In this document: positions 46,930 to 56,662 of the stretch, one piece after another
How positions within the stretch are numbered: position 1 is the first letter of the stretch
Layout: every line of letters starts with the position of its first letter
Assembly: GCA_021469345.1 (NCBI GenBank)
Contig: GCA_021469345.1_3049.1
Direction: 5' to 3' (one strand)
DNA length: 64,000 nt
Source of the DNA: a phage
Position numbers and translations under genes: made by a program
Notes under the pieces: model-generated
What the model was told of the DNA's origin: nothing
The model's database searches: none
The model's input: only the letters and a program-made list of their open reading frames with translations

Positions 46930-47415
46930 ATGGAAGCGATTTTGTTTGAAATGTATATTAGCAGTAATAGTTTGTCGTTTGCTAAAGACGTTCCAATTAC
47001 CGTAGCAGTAATGATTGATAAGGGTTATTGTGACCCAATGTATCTCGTAGAAAATTTTGTTTCAATGCCAGTTCCAGAAGATGCTGAAATAAAACTTAAA
47101 AAGATTGGTATTATTGAAACTGTACCAAATATTCCGTTTAGAGCAATTGAAGCATTTACTAAATCCGAATACATTAATGTTAGCGCAGAACAATATAATG
47201 ATAAACCTTTATCTTTTTATTCGTACGATTCAGTATATAGTTGGAAAATAGATAAAGGAAATAAATTTATAATTGTGGACGAAGATGCTTTATCATACTT
47301 TATTTCTTCTGTATGGAATAGTTTACATCCAAATTTGCTAAAAATTCATGAATTTGATGATGCTCCTACTGTTGTTTTAGGTAAAACAAATGAAAGTTCT
47401 GAAGAAAATGCTTGA
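46930..47415 (+). CDS. hypothetical protein
   Basis: 161 aa from ATG 46930 (RBS GAGGAAAA). Confidence 0.5.
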   Translation: MEAILFEMYISSNSLSFAKDVPITVAVMIDKGYCDPMYLVENFVSMPVPEDAEIKLKKIGIIETVPNIPFRAIEAFTKSEYINVSAEQYNDKPLSFYSYDSVYSWKIDKGNKFIIVDEDALSYFISSVWNSLHPNLLKIHEFDDAPTVVLGKTNESSEENA

Positions 47416-47593
47416 ATGGTTCAATAGACCAAACTCAATGTATATTGATGACGGTTGGGTTGAACAGGCAAATAAAGAAATGCAGAACGAATCAGAAGAA
47501 TGGATGAAATCAATGATTAGTGCTGAGAAAGAAAAGAAATTAGAGCGCTCAGCGCTTAGATTGATGAGAGACATCTATGGAGATAAATCATGA
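47390..47593 (+). CDS. hypothetical small protein
   Basis: 67-aa ORF. Confidence 0.4.
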   Translation: MKVLKKMLEWFNRPNSMYIDDGWVEQANKEMQNESEEWMKSMISAEKEKKLERSALRLMRDIYGDKS

Positions 47594-47754
47594 ACAGATA
47601 TATGACGCTAGAAGAGGCTAAAGCTAAAGCAAATGAAGCAATGGATTTGCTTCTTAAAATTGGCAGTAAAATGATGGAAGAAAATGAGAAATATATCCAG
47701 GAAAACAAAATTCCTGACGGTCCATTAGTAGGCAAAAGGAAATCACATGATTGA
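47590..47754 (+). CDS. hypothetical small protein (54 aa)
   Basis: ATG 47590 with ATGA overlap at both ends. Confidence 0.35.
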   Translation: MNRYMTLEEAKAKANEAMDLLLKIGSKMMEENEKYIQENKIPDGPLVGKRKSHD

Positions 47755-48217
47755 AGTAGCAAAACACTATTCAATAGAATTTATGTCTAAAGAAGGTAAA
47801 TCAGTAAATACACTTGATAAAAAGTGCTCATTAATTATTCCTTTAGCAGAAAATCCGGATCTTTTAATTAAAGATATAAAAGAAAGAAAATATCCAGAAA
47901 ATATTATTCTAATTATAAAGCATACTGAAGATATTTTGCAGAATACTGATTCACCGTTTTCTTCTTCTGAAGCTTTAACTATTAAAGGCTATAAAAGAGC
48001 CCATGAATATGGTCTTTTTGACATGTTTGAAGACGATAAAGTTAAATTAGCGAGTCAACCTTCTAAAAGTAAAACATTCATTATTGAAGATATTAAAGAT
48101 ATAAATGCATTTGTTAGGATGGTCTGGGCTCATTTTGATGTTGGACTACGCTGGAGAATGTCCGAAGAAGAAAGAAAGATCATTGAAACTAATCGTAAAT
48201 TTGGTTTTTATCGCTAG
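47747..48217 (+). CDS. hypothetical protein (mrh position)
   Basis: 156-aa ORF upstream of modB. Confidence 0.5.
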   Translation: MIEVAKHYSIEFMSKEGKSVNTLDKKCSLIIPLAENPDLLIKDIKERKYPENIILIIKHTEDILQNTDSPFSSSEALTIKGYKRAHEYGLFDMFEDDKVKLASQPSKSKTFIIEDIKDINAFVRMVWAHFDVGLRWRMSEEERKIIETNRKFGFYR

Positions 48218-48225
48218 GAATTAAT

Positions 48226-48408
48226 ATGGATTTATTTGAGATGTTAGAAGATAATCATTCTACGAATAACCAGAATGATTCTAGTGATTATAAGAAAGAA
48301 TACCGTATAGTATTACAGAATTATGGAATTGAAGCCCCAGATGCTCTTCTAGAAGAACTAGCTTCATACCATCTTGACCCTCCGCCCTGGGCTCCCTGGG
48401 CAAAATAA
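48226..48408 (+). CDS. hypothetical small acidic protein
   Basis: 60-aa ORF. Confidence 0.45.
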   Translation: MDLFEMLEDNHSTNNQNDSSDYKKEYRIVLQNYGIEAPDALLEELASYHLDPPPWAPWAK

Positions 48409-48418
48409 TTCAAAAAGT

Positions 48419-48449
48419 TGTTTACTTTCCTTTCTAACGATGATATGAT
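48419..48449 (+). promoter_or_regulatory. early promoter (GTTTAC ... TATGAT)
   Basis: GTTTAC 48419-48424; -10 like element 48443-48449. Confidence 0.45.
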
Positions 48450-48475
48450 AGCTTCTGAAGTATACGGAGGCTATC

Positions 48476-49099
48476 ATGATTATTAATCTTGCAGATGTTG
48501 AACAGTTATCTATAAAAGCTGAAAGCGTTGATTTTCAATATGATATGTATAAAAAAGTCTGTGAAAAATTTACTGACTTTGAGCAATCTGTTCTTTGGCA
48601 ATGTATGGAAGCCAAAAAGAATGAAGCTCTTCATCGGCAATTGAATAAAATCATTAAAAAGCATTTAACTAAATCGCCTTATCAGTTATATCGTGGTATA
48701 TCAAAATCAACAGAAGAACTTATTAAAGATTTACAAGTTGGAGAAGTGTTTTCAACGAACAGAGTAGATTCATTTACTACTAGTTTGCACACAGCATGTG
48801 GTTTTTCTTATGTTGAATATTCCACTGAAATAATATTTCGCTTAAAAACTGATAAAGCTTTTAATTATTCTGACCATATCAGCGATATTATACTTTCTTC
48901 TCCTAATACTGAGTTCAAGTACACGTATGAAGATACTGATGGGCTAGATTCAGAGCGTACTGATAACTTAATGATGATTGTGCGTGAACAAGAATGGATG
49001 ATTCCAATTGGAAAGTATAAAATAACTTCTATTTCAAAAGAAAAATTACACGATTCATTTGGAACATTTAAAGTTTATGATATTGAGGTAGTTGAATGA
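48476..49099 (+). CDS. modB: ADP-ribosyltransferase ModB
   Basis: 207 aa; R (YRG), S-x-S and E (QEWMIP) catalytic triad pattern. Confidence 0.8.
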   Translation: MIINLADVEQLSIKAESVDFQYDMYKKVCEKFTDFEQSVLWQCMEAKKNEALHRQLNKIIKKHLTKSPYQLYRGISKSTEELIKDLQVGEVFSTNRVDSFTTSLHTACGFSYVEYSTEIIFRLKTDKAFNYSDHISDIILSSPNTEFKYTYEDTDGLDSERTDNLMMIVREQEWMIPIGKYKITSISKEKLHDSFGTFKVYDIEVVE

Positions 49100-49698
49100 A
49101 ATACTCAGTAATGCAACTAAAAGATTTTAAAATAAAATCAATGGATGCATCGGTGCGTGCTTCTATTCGTGAAGAATTACTTTCTGAAGGGTTTAATTTA
49201 TCTGAAATTGAACTTTTAATTCATTGTATTACTAATAAGCCAGATGACCATACTTGGTTAAATGAAATAATCAAATCTCGTTTGGTTCCAAACGATAAAC
49301 CTCTTTGGAGAGGTGTTCCAGCTGAGACTAAGCAGGTGTTAAATCAAGGAATTGATATTATTACATTTGATAAAGTCGTATCAGCTTCATATGATAAAAA
49401 TATAGCTCTACATTTTGCTTCCGGTTTAGAGTATAACACACAAGTTATTTTTGAATTCAAAGCTCCCATGGTATTCAATTTCCAGGAGTATGCTATAAAA
49501 GCTCTACGCTGTAAAGAATACAATCCAAACTTTAAGTTTCCGGATAGCCATCGTTATCGTAATATGGAATTAGTTTCAGATGAACAAGAAGTAATGATAC
49601 CAGCTGGAAGTGTATTTAGAATTGCAGATAGATATGAGTACAAAAAGTATTCAACATATACTATCTATACTCTTGATTTTGAAGGATTTAATCTATAA
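49096..49698 (+). CDS. modA: ADP-ribosyltransferase ModA
   Basis: 200 aa; LWRG, SAS, EQEVMIP motifs; paralog of modB. Confidence 0.8.
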   Translation: MKYSVMQLKDFKIKSMDASVRASIREELLSEGFNLSEIELLIHCITNKPDDHTWLNEIIKSRLVPNDKPLWRGVPAETKQVLNQGIDIITFDKVVSASYDKNIALHFASGLEYNTQVIFEFKAPMVFNFQEYAIKALRCKEYNPNFKFPDSHRYRNMELVSDEQEVMIPAGSVFRIADRYEYKKYSTYTIYTLDFEGFNL

Positions 49699-49755
49699 TG
49701 GAAGGACTTAGATTCATTATACCATGAAATTTTTAAAGCATTTTTACATAAAGTT

Positions 49756-49785
49756 GTTTACAATCTGAAGTAAAAATGTTATAGT
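49756..49785 (+). promoter_or_regulatory. early promoter (GTTTAC-N18-TATAGT)
   Basis: GTTTAC 49756-49761; TATAGT 49780-49785. Confidence 0.5.
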
Positions 49786-49821
49786 ATAAGTAGTTAACCG
49801 TCCGTAAGATGTGAGAAAAAT

Positions 49822-50571
49822 ATGAAACTGTCTAATAATCAAATTCGTAAAATTAAACGTCGTTTAGAGCATACTCAGGCATCTGCCAAAAGACGTTCTA
49901 AAGATTTTAACTTAGACTTCAATTACATTAAGAACATTTTAGATCAGAAAGTTTGCGCTTACTCGGGTGAATCTTTCAATAACTCTGTTGAAGGTGAGAA
50001 ATTATCCTTAGAACGTTTTAATAACGATATCGGCTACATTAAAGGTAATGTTATCCCAGTTAAGAAAAAATATAACACGGCTCGTTCTGATTTAACATTA
50101 GAAGAACTTATTGAGAAACGTGATGCCATTGCAAGACGTATCGCTAATCCTTCTGCCCGTAAAGTAGAGAAACTTAATCTCGACGAGAAGAAGTGGGCCC
50201 AAATTAAAAAGGTTTATGGCACTATTTTAAAAATCCGAGCAAAACGTGAAAATCGTGTTAAGCATATGGCGAACATGATGAAAAATCAACCTTTATCTAA
50301 CGAATCTAAACTTAAAATTGTTGCTTTGAAAGCACGCATTAATGGCTCACATCAAGCAGAAGGTCATGAACTTACTAAACTCAACGTTCTTCTTAAAGGC
50401 TCTGACTGGAAAACTAAAACTAAATTAACTAACGCTGAATCGCTTTTCGAAACATATGATAAAGTTATCCAAGGTCTGCAACGTTTTGAAAAGATTGGTT
50501 TCATTGGTAAATTAAAATTGAAACGTGGCTTACCACTTAGCGCATCATTATTCCAACTGATTAAAGGTTAA
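49822..50571 (+). CDS. srd: Srd-like protein (sigma-related)
   Basis: 249 aa; position between modA and dda. Confidence 0.65.
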   Translation: MKLSNNQIRKIKRRLEHTQASAKRRSKDFNLDFNYIKNILDQKVCAYSGESFNNSVEGEKLSLERFNNDIGYIKGNVIPVKKKYNTARSDLTLEELIEKRDAIARRIANPSARKVEKLNLDEKKWAQIKKVYGTILKIRAKRENRVKHMANMMKNQPLSNESKLKIVALKARINGSHQAEGHELTKLNVLLKGSDWKTKTKLTNAESLFETYDKVIQGLQRFEKIGFIGKLKLKRGLPLSASLFQLIKG

Positions 50572-50573
50572 TT

Positions 50574-50885
50574 ATGGTTTATGTATATGCAATAGTTTAT
50601 CGAGATATGGAAGGATTTACTGTCCCGGTTCCACTTGATGAGCATCGTCCTGCAGTATTTTTTAGAAAGGATATTGCAGATAAAGTTTTCGATACTTTGA
50701 AAACGCAGTATAAAACAGATTTAAAAATGGGAGTTCTAAGAATGGTCGAAACTCCGCGTAAGTTCTGGTTTAATAAGCTTGAAATGAAACACGTTAAACT
50801 AGATGCGGAGACACAAAGATTATATCAGCGAATTTTAGATACTGGGCGTATTGTTAGTATTCCAATTGCAGGGACTTTCCGATGA
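50574..50885 (+). CDS. hypothetical protein (dda.1 position)
   Basis: 103-aa ORF. Confidence 0.55.
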   Translation: MVYVYAIVYRDMEGFTVPVPLDEHRPAVFFRKDIADKVFDTLKTQYKTDLKMGVLRMVETPRKFWFNKLEMKHVKLDAETQRLYQRILDTGRIVSIPIAGTFR

Positions 50886-52201
50886 CATTTGATGATTTGA
50901 CAGAAGGCCAGAAAAATGCCTTTAACATTGTTATGAAGGCTATTAAAGAAAAGAAACATCATGTAACTATTAATGGACCTGCCGGTACCGGTAAGACTAC
51001 TCTTACTAAGTTCATCATTGAAGCTTTAATATCTACGGGTGAAACTGGTATTATTTTAGCAGCTCCTACGCATGCGGCTAAAAAGATTCTTTCAAAACTA
51101 TCAGGGAAAGAAGCGAGTACTATTCACAGTATTCTTAAAATTAACCCAGTTACGTATGAAGAAAACGTTCTTTTTGAACAGAAGGAAGTGCCAGATTTAG
51201 CTAAATGTAGGGTATTAATCTGCGACGAAGTGTCAATGTATGATAGAAAGCTATTTAAAATTCTGCTTTCAACTATCCCGCCGTGGTGTACTATAATTGG
51301 AATAGGTGATAATAAGCAAATTAGACCTGTTGATCCAGGAGAAAACACTGCTTATATTAGTCCATTCTTTACACATAAAGATTTTTATCAGTGTGAACTC
51401 ACTGAAGTTAAACGCAGTAATGCTCCTATTATTGATGTAGCTACTGACGTTCGTAACGGTAAGTGGATTTATGATAAAATTGTTGACGGGCATGGAGTAC
51501 GTGGATTTACTGGTGATACCGCTTTACGTGATTTTATGGTAAATTATTTTTCAATCGTCAAATCTCTAGATGATTTGTTTGAAAATCGCGTAATGGCATT
51601 TACGAATAAATCTGTTGATAAGTTAAATAGCATTATTCGTAAAAAGATTTTTGAAACTGATAAAGATTTTATTGTCGGTGAAATTATTGTAATGCAGGAA
51701 CCATTAATTAAAACATATAAAATTGATGGAAAGCCTGTGTCAGAAATTATTTTTAATAACGGACAGTTAGTTCGTATTATAGAAGCAGAGTATACATCAA
51801 CCTTTGTTAAAGCTCGTGGTGTTCCTGGAGAATATCTAATTCGTCATTGGGATTTAACAGTAGAAACTTACGGCGATGATGAATATTATCGTGAAAAGAT
51901 TAAAATAATTTCATCTGATGAAGAACTGTATAAGTTTAACCTATTTTTAGGTAAAACGGCAGAAACTTATAAAAATTGGAACAAAGGCGGAAAAGCTCCG
52001 TGGAGTGATTTTTGGGATGCTAAATCACAGTTTAGTAAAGTGAAAGCACTTCCTGCATCAACATTCCATAAAGCTCAGGGCATGTCTGTAGACCGTGCTT
52101 TCATTTATACGCCTTGTATTCATTATGCAGATGCTGAATTGGCCCAACAACTTCTTTATGTTGGTGTTACCCGTGGTCGTTATGATGTATTTTATGTATG
52201 A
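50882..52201 (+). CDS. dda: DNA helicase Dda (SF1B)
   Basis: 439 aa; Walker A GPAGTGKTT, Walker B LICDEVSM. Confidence 0.95.
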   Translation: MTFDDLTEGQKNAFNIVMKAIKEKKHHVTINGPAGTGKTTLTKFIIEALISTGETGIILAAPTHAAKKILSKLSGKEASTIHSILKINPVTYEENVLFEQKEVPDLAKCRVLICDEVSMYDRKLFKILLSTIPPWCTIIGIGDNKQIRPVDPGENTAYISPFFTHKDFYQCELTEVKRSNAPIIDVATDVRNGKWIYDKIVDGHGVRGFTGDTALRDFMVNYFSIVKSLDDLFENRVMAFTNKSVDKLNSIIRKKIFETDKDFIVGEIIVMQEPLIKTYKIDGKPVSEIIFNNGQLVRIIEAEYTSTFVKARGVPGEYLIRHWDLTVETYGDDEYYREKIKIISSDEELYKFNLFLGKTAETYKNWNKGGKAPWSDFWDAKSQFSKVKALPASTFHKAQGMSVDRAFIYTPCIHYADAELAQQLLYVGVTRGRYDVFYV

Positions 52202-52222
52202 TTAAATTTGAGGAAGCTATTC

Positions 52223-52468
52223 ATGGAAATAACTAAAGATCAGTTTTATCTTCTTCAGGATAAAGTAAGCGAAATTTATGAAATTGCTTATAGCAAAAAT
52301 CGTGAAACTGTAAAAATAGAATCTAGTAAGTTGAGGCTTCAATTAGAAGAAATTGAACGAGATTTAATTGCGTTAGAATTCTTTTGTGGTGAAGTGAAAA
52401 CTGTTACAATTAATGATTATGTTTTAGGCGAAATTAGCTATCTTTATGAGGCGATTATTAATGATTGA
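52223..52468 (+). CDS. small helical protein (dexA.2 position)
   Basis: 81 aa from ATG 52223 (RBS GAGGAAG); paralog of next ORF. Confidence 0.5.
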   Translation: MEITKDQFYLLQDKVSEIYEIAYSKNRETVKIESSKLRLQLEEIERDLIALEFFCGEVKTVTINDYVLGEISYLYEAIIND

Positions 52469-52703
52469 GTTGAGTTGGTACCAGTTTAAATCTCTTATGA
52501 CAAATGTTAAAGCTGTCATTGAAGAAAATCCAGGTCCTGAAAATATTACTATTCGCGAAAAAGCTTTAAAGATAGTATACAGTCTTGAAGAGATACAAAA
52601 AGATATTGAATCTATGGCAAAATTTATTGACGAGCCTATTAATAAAGTTTATATCCAAGACTATACTGTAGGTCAAATTCGCGATTTAGCAAGGAAAATT
52701 TAA
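52461..52703 (+). CDS. small helical protein (dexA.1 position)
   Basis: 80 aa from ATG 52461. Confidence 0.5.
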   Translation: MIELSWYQFKSLMTNVKAVIEENPGPENITIREKALKIVYSLEEIQKDIESMAKFIDEPINKVYIQDYTVGQIRDLARKI

Positions 52704-53386
52704 TGTTTGATTTTATTATAGATTTTGAAACAATGGGAAGCGGTGAAAAGGCAGCTGTTATTGATTTGGCTGTTATTGCCTTTGACCCTAATCCAGAAGT
52801 AGTTGAAACATTCGATGAACTAGTTTCACGTGGCATTAAAATCAAATTTGATTTAAAAAGCCAAAAAGGACATCGTCTTTTTACTAAAAGCACTATCGAA
52901 TGGTGGAAGAATCAATCCCCTGAAGCTCGAAAAAATATTGCACCATCAGATGAAGATGTAAGCATCATTGATGGTATTGCAAAATTTAATGATTACATCA
53001 ATGCACATAATATCGATCCTTGGAAATCTCAGGGTTGGTGTCGTGGAATGTCGTTTGATTTTCCAATTTTAGTCGATCTCATTCGCGATATTCAACGTCT
53101 TAATGGCGTTTCTGAGAATGAGCTTGATACATTTAAGTTAGAACCGTGTAAATTTTGGAATCAGCGTGATATTCGTACCAGAATTGAAGCACTTCTGCTT
53201 GTTCGTGATATGACCACGTGTCCTCTTCCAAAAGGAACCTTAGATGGATTTGTTGCGCATAATTCTATTCATGACTGTGCGAAAGACATCCTGATGATGA
53301 AGTATGCTTTGCGATACGCTATGGGTCTTGAAGATGCTCCATCAGAGGAAGAGTGCGATCCTCTATCTCTTCCAACAAAACGATAA
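52703..53386 (+). CDS. dexA: exonuclease A (DEDD family)
   Basis: 227 aa; N-terminal DFETMG acidic exonuclease motif. Confidence 0.9.
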   Translation: MFDFIIDFETMGSGEKAAVIDLAVIAFDPNPEVVETFDELVSRGIKIKFDLKSQKGHRLFTKSTIEWWKNQSPEARKNIAPSDEDVSIIDGIAKFNDYINAHNIDPWKSQGWCRGMSFDFPILVDLIRDIQRLNGVSENELDTFKLEPCKFWNQRDIRTRIEALLLVRDMTTCPLPKGTLDGFVAHNSIHDCAKDILMMKYALRYAMGLEDAPSEEECDPLSLPTKR

Positions 53387-53392
53387 AAAGTT

Positions 53393-53422
53393 GTTTACTT
53401 CCTCAGTTAGTTGTGGTATTAT
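53393..53422 (+). promoter_or_regulatory. early promoter (GTTTAC-N18-TGGTATTAT)
   Basis: GTTTAC 53393-53398; TATTAT 53417-53422. Confidence 0.5.
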
Positions 53423-53449
53423 AACACCATAGCTACTGAGGATAATAAA

Positions 53450-53950
53450 ATGAAAATTTATCGTGTTGAATCATCGTTTAGTATTCTTAATTATGAAGAT
53501 GCTATAACAATACGTCGAAATCTTTGTGTTCAAATAACGCCGTACAGGAGTATAATAGATTCATGGAGCGAAGAGTGGCTATTACACGTAGGTTATGACA
53601 GACCTAATTTTATGCATCATAGCGATAATAATAAAAGAATTCCTTTACCACACGAAGATAAACTATTAGTTAAAAACGCTAATAAAGTAATTAATACTAA
53701 GTTCAAGAAAGATTATGTTGGAGTAGAATATCATATTCCAGGATGGTTTATAGGTCTTTATCATTTTGCTTTCGCTAGCGAATATGATATGATGAGATGG
53801 TTCACGCGAGAAGAGCGGGAAGAATTATCTTCTAAAGGATTTTATCTCGCTGTATACGAAGTTCCTGAAGATGAAGTTATCATTGGTGGGCACCAAGTAA
53901 TGTTCCGCAAATCGCATGCTGAATTAAAAGGCTTTATTACTTTAGATTAA
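53450..53950 (+). CDS. hypothetical protein (motB-region)
   Basis: 166 aa from ATG 53450 (RBS GAGGATAA). Confidence 0.55.
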   Translation: MKIYRVESSFSILNYEDAITIRRNLCVQITPYRSIIDSWSEEWLLHVGYDRPNFMHHSDNNKRIPLPHEDKLLVKNANKVINTKFKKDYVGVEYHIPGWFIGLYHFAFASEYDMMRWFTREEREELSSKGFYLAVYEVPEDEVIIGGHQVMFRKSHAELKGFITLD

Positions 53951-53960
53951 AGAGAAAATC

Positions 53961-54398
53961 ATGATTAAAAATAATGCTGTTTATCAATTGAAAAAATTTG
54001 ATGAAATTAAGAATTTTTCGGTACTGTCTAATACAGCTCATAATAAGTTTTGTGAACTTCTTGGTTTAACTGGCGGATATCCTTTTACTGTTATTAGTGT
54101 TAATAGCGGAATTCTTATCGATATGATGTATATTGAAATTAGAAACTATTATGGAATGGTATCACCGCTTATTATTTATGAAAAAGATTTTAGTCTATTG
54201 ACAGAAATTGAAAAACCTGAAGATCCAACTGATCTACTGTGTAAGGCAGTTTATATTCGTCGTCCATTCGCGAATCCTGTGGGTGGATGGGTGACTGATC
54301 AGTGGATTGAAGATGGTGTTGAACTTCTGAACGTAGTTCATGCTGGAGAGTACTCTGTAGTTCCTCGCAGCGCAGTGATTAATGTTCGTGTAAGCTAG
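53961..54398 (+). CDS. hypothetical protein, paralog of the following gene
   Basis: 145 aa; C-terminal DQWIEDGVELLNVVHAGEYSVVP. Confidence 0.55.
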   Translation: MIKNNAVYQLKKFDEIKNFSVLSNTAHNKFCELLGLTGGYPFTVISVNSGILIDMMYIEIRNYYGMVSPLIIYEKDFSLLTEIEKPEDPTDLLCKAVYIRRPFANPVGGWVTDQWIEDGVELLNVVHAGEYSVVPRSAVINVRVS

Positions 54399-54427
54399 TT
54401 TACAAACTCTTGGGACCAGAGTATAAT
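54398..54427 (+). promoter_or_regulatory. early promoter (GTTTAC-N18-TATAAT)
   Basis: GTTTAC 54398-54403; TATAAT 54422-54427. Confidence 0.55.
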
Positions 54428-54471
54428 GGTCCCGTGGAGTATAAAATCTTTTTAACAAGTGAGAGATAACT

Positions 54472-54969
54472 ATGATTATTAATATTGGTGAATTAGCTCG
54501 TGTATCTGATAAATCCCGTTCTAAAGCAGCAGGAAAATTGGTCGAAATTGTAAGCATTCAGCTTAAACACGGCGTTAAAGATGAAGATTCTGAAGTAAAA
54601 GTGCGTATCATTCCTAAAGATGGAAAGTCTAAACCTCAGTTTGGTTATGTTCGCGCGAAATTTCTTGAATCTGCGTTTTTGAAAGCTGTTCCCGCTAAAG
54701 GAATTGAAACGATTGATACTTCGCATGTAGGTGTAGACTTTAAGTGGAAACTCGGTCAGGCTATTAAGTTCATTGCTCCTTATGAATTCGAATTTACCGA
54801 AGATGAGGAAGGGGTTGTTCAAAAACATCGTACTCGTGCTATGTGTGCATACATTACCGATCAATGGGTAGAAGATGGCGTTAAGTTGTACAACGCGGTA
54901 TTTTTAGGAACATACAAAGTCATTCCTGAAAGTTGGATTAAACACTATAGCAAAGCTCGCTGTGCATAA
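54472..54969 (+). CDS. hypothetical protein (MotB-like position), paralog of previous gene
   Basis: 165 aa; C-terminal DQWVEDGVKLYNAVFLGTYKVIP. Confidence 0.55.
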   Translation: MIINIGELARVSDKSRSKAAGKLVEIVSIQLKHGVKDEDSEVKVRIIPKDGKSKPQFGYVRAKFLESAFLKAVPAKGIETIDTSHVGVDFKWKLGQAIKFIAPYEFEFTEDEEGVVQKHRTRAMCAYITDQWVEDGVKLYNAVFLGTYKVIPESWIKHYSKARCA

Positions 54970-54974
54970 AGTTT

Positions 54975-55095
54975 AAAATTTTTTCATAAAACTATATACA
55001 TCAGTAGTTGATTATGGTACTATATCAATATCAACTACTGATACAGAAAACAACTTGGAGAATAAAATGGAAATTCGCCAAAGGTGCTGATACTC
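54975..55095 (+). repeat. degenerate copy of the early promoter plus 5' gene segment found at 35792-35895
   Basis: Shared AAAATTTTTTCA, TATGGTACTATA, ATCAACT, TTGGAGAATaAAATGgAAATtCGC; -35 hexamer mutated; residual ORF is 7 codons. Confidence 0.5.
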
Positions 55096-55140
55096 TTCTG
55101 AAACGCATCGCTCCAATGTTTAATTAATGAGGAAATTGTA

Positions 55141-55356
55141 ATGAAACGTAAAATTGTTCAGAACTGCACTAATGATGAATTTGAAGATGTATTATTTGAT
55201 CCAAATTTGGTAGTAGTTCAAAAGGAACATACTAGCAAGTTTACTCACTTGACTTCGGTTTATGTGTATGAGAAAGTCGGTGATAAACAGCCAATTTACG
55301 GTGTATTTCGTGAAATTACTGAAGATGGCACAACTTACTGGAAGGAAATTTATTAA
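55141..55356 (+). CDS. cef: Cef-like protein (modifier of suppressor tRNAs position)
   Basis: 71 aa; size and position. Confidence 0.55.
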   Translation: MKRKIVQNCTNDEFEDVLFDPNLVVVQKEHTSKFTHLTSVYVYEKVGDKQPIYGVFREITEDGTTYWKEIY

Positions 55357-55775
55357 TGGCTATTAAATTTGAAGTTAATAAATGGTATCAATTTAAAAAT
55401 AAACAAGCTCAAGAAAATTTTATTAAAGACCATACTGATAACGGAATCTATGCACGACGTTTAGGTATGGAGCCTTTTAAAATTTTAGATGCTGATTATC
55501 TTGGGCGTCCTACTAAAATTATGACATCCATAGGTGTGCTCAAACGTTGTGCCGGTGGTGATATCCTTGACGAAAACTTTATCTGGCTCTCTACTAACGA
55601 AGCTGGGTTCTTTGATGAAGTTGAAAATCCATATCAGGCTGCTGAAGAACAAGAGCAGGAAGAGCAAGAACAAATAGAAGATTTCACAGAATTCCCGGTA
55701 ATGAAAGTTACTATTGAAAATAATGAACAAGCATGGTCCTTGTATCAAATGTTGAAAGCCCACTTTAAGGAATAA
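55356..55775 (+). CDS. goF: GoF/ComC-alpha-like protein
   Basis: 139 aa; acidic [10 protein letters not shown] tract; position before 39. Confidence 0.55.
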   Translation: MAIKFEVNKWYQFKNKQAQENFIKDHTDNGIYARRLGMEPFKILDADYLGRPTKIMTSIGVLKRCAGGDILDENFIWLSTNEAGFFDEVENPYQAAEEQEQEEQEQIEDFTEFPVMKVTIENNEQAWSLYQMLKAHFKE

Positions 55776-55777
55776 TT

Positions 55778-55954
55778 ATGCCTCTTTATGATTATAAATG
55801 TCAATCCAAAGACTGCGCAAAAGAATACGAAAAAATCAAGAAAATTTCTGAAATGGATACTGATGTATGTCCTGATTGTCATCGGATTGCTATTCGGTTA
55901 GTTTCCGCTCCTAAGCATGTGAATGGTGGTTTTTACGACTTACTTAAAGGGTAA
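55778..55954 (+). CDS. FmdB-type zinc-ribbon small protein
   Basis: 58 aa; MPLYDYKCQSKDC...CPDCH. Confidence 0.45.
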   Translation: MPLYDYKCQSKDCAKEYEKIKKISEMDTDVCPDCHRIAIRLVSAPKHVNGGFYDLLKG

Positions 55955-55956
55955 TT

Positions 55957-56328
55957 ATGTTTAAAATCGGTAAGAAATATCGTATTCGCGAAGGCGAAGA
56001 AAAGAAATATCTAATGTCTGCTATTTATAGGAATGGTTCTATTAATGCTGTAATATCTACAAGCGAATTTATCGTTGAAGATATGAAAGGTAATAATGTT
56101 ACAATGATTAGTACAGCATCTGGAAATGATGGAAAAATTCTTCACAGTTTTCAGAGTAATGTTCTAATTTATGATGAAGAATTTGACCTATTCGAAGAAG
56201 TTACAGAAGATTTTGATTTTGAATGCACCATCACTATGAAATCTGGCGACCCTCTTTCTTTTACAGTTAAAGATGAAAGAAGCCGTTTGAGAATTATTAG
56301 TCTTCTTCAAGCCATTAAATTTAAGTGA
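55957..56328 (+). CDS. hypothetical protein
   Basis: 123-aa ORF. Confidence 0.5.
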   Translation: MFKIGKKYRIREGEEKKYLMSAIYRNGSINAVISTSEFIVEDMKGNNVTMISTASGNDGKILHSFQSNVLIYDEEFDLFEEVTEDFDFECTITMKSGDPLSFTVKDERSRLRIISLLQAIKFK

Positions 56329-56594
56329 AAATTATGAAATATGTTAATCGTTCTATCGCGGCATTAGTATTAACAGTATCTTTAGTAGGATGTACTGATG
56401 CTGATAATGCAACCAAAGTTTTGTCTTCAAGCGGTTTTACTAATATTGAAATCACTGGATATAATTGGTTCGGTTGCTCTGAAAATGATTTCCAACATAC
56501 TGGATTTCGTGCTATTGGACCTACCGGGCAGAAAGTAGAAGGAACAGTATGTTCTGGGCTGTTCTTTAAGGATTCAACTATCCGTTTTAAATAA
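56325..56594 (+). CDS. putative lipoprotein
   Basis: 89 aa; signal peptide with lipobox LVGC. Confidence 0.5.
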   Translation: MKIMKYVNRSIAALVLTVSLVGCTDADNATKVLSSSGFTNIEITGYNWFGCSENDFQHTGFRAIGPTGQKVEGTVCSGLFFKDSTIRFK

Positions 56595-56595
56595 A

Positions 56596-56610
56596 GGCCT
56601 TCGGGCCTTT
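56596..56610 (+). terminator. intrinsic terminator GGCCUUCGGGCC
   Basis: GGCCTTCGGGCC then TTTAGCTTT. Confidence 0.55.
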
Positions 56611-56635
56611 AGCTTTATGATTATTGGAGTATAAT
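56611..56635 (+). promoter_or_regulatory. putative middle promoter (MotA-box-like aGCTTTA + TATAAT)
   Basis: AGCTTTA 56611-56617, 12-nt spacer, TATAAT 56630-56635. Confidence 0.4.
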
Positions 56636-56662
56636 ATTCCCGAAACCAAACGAGGATAAGTG

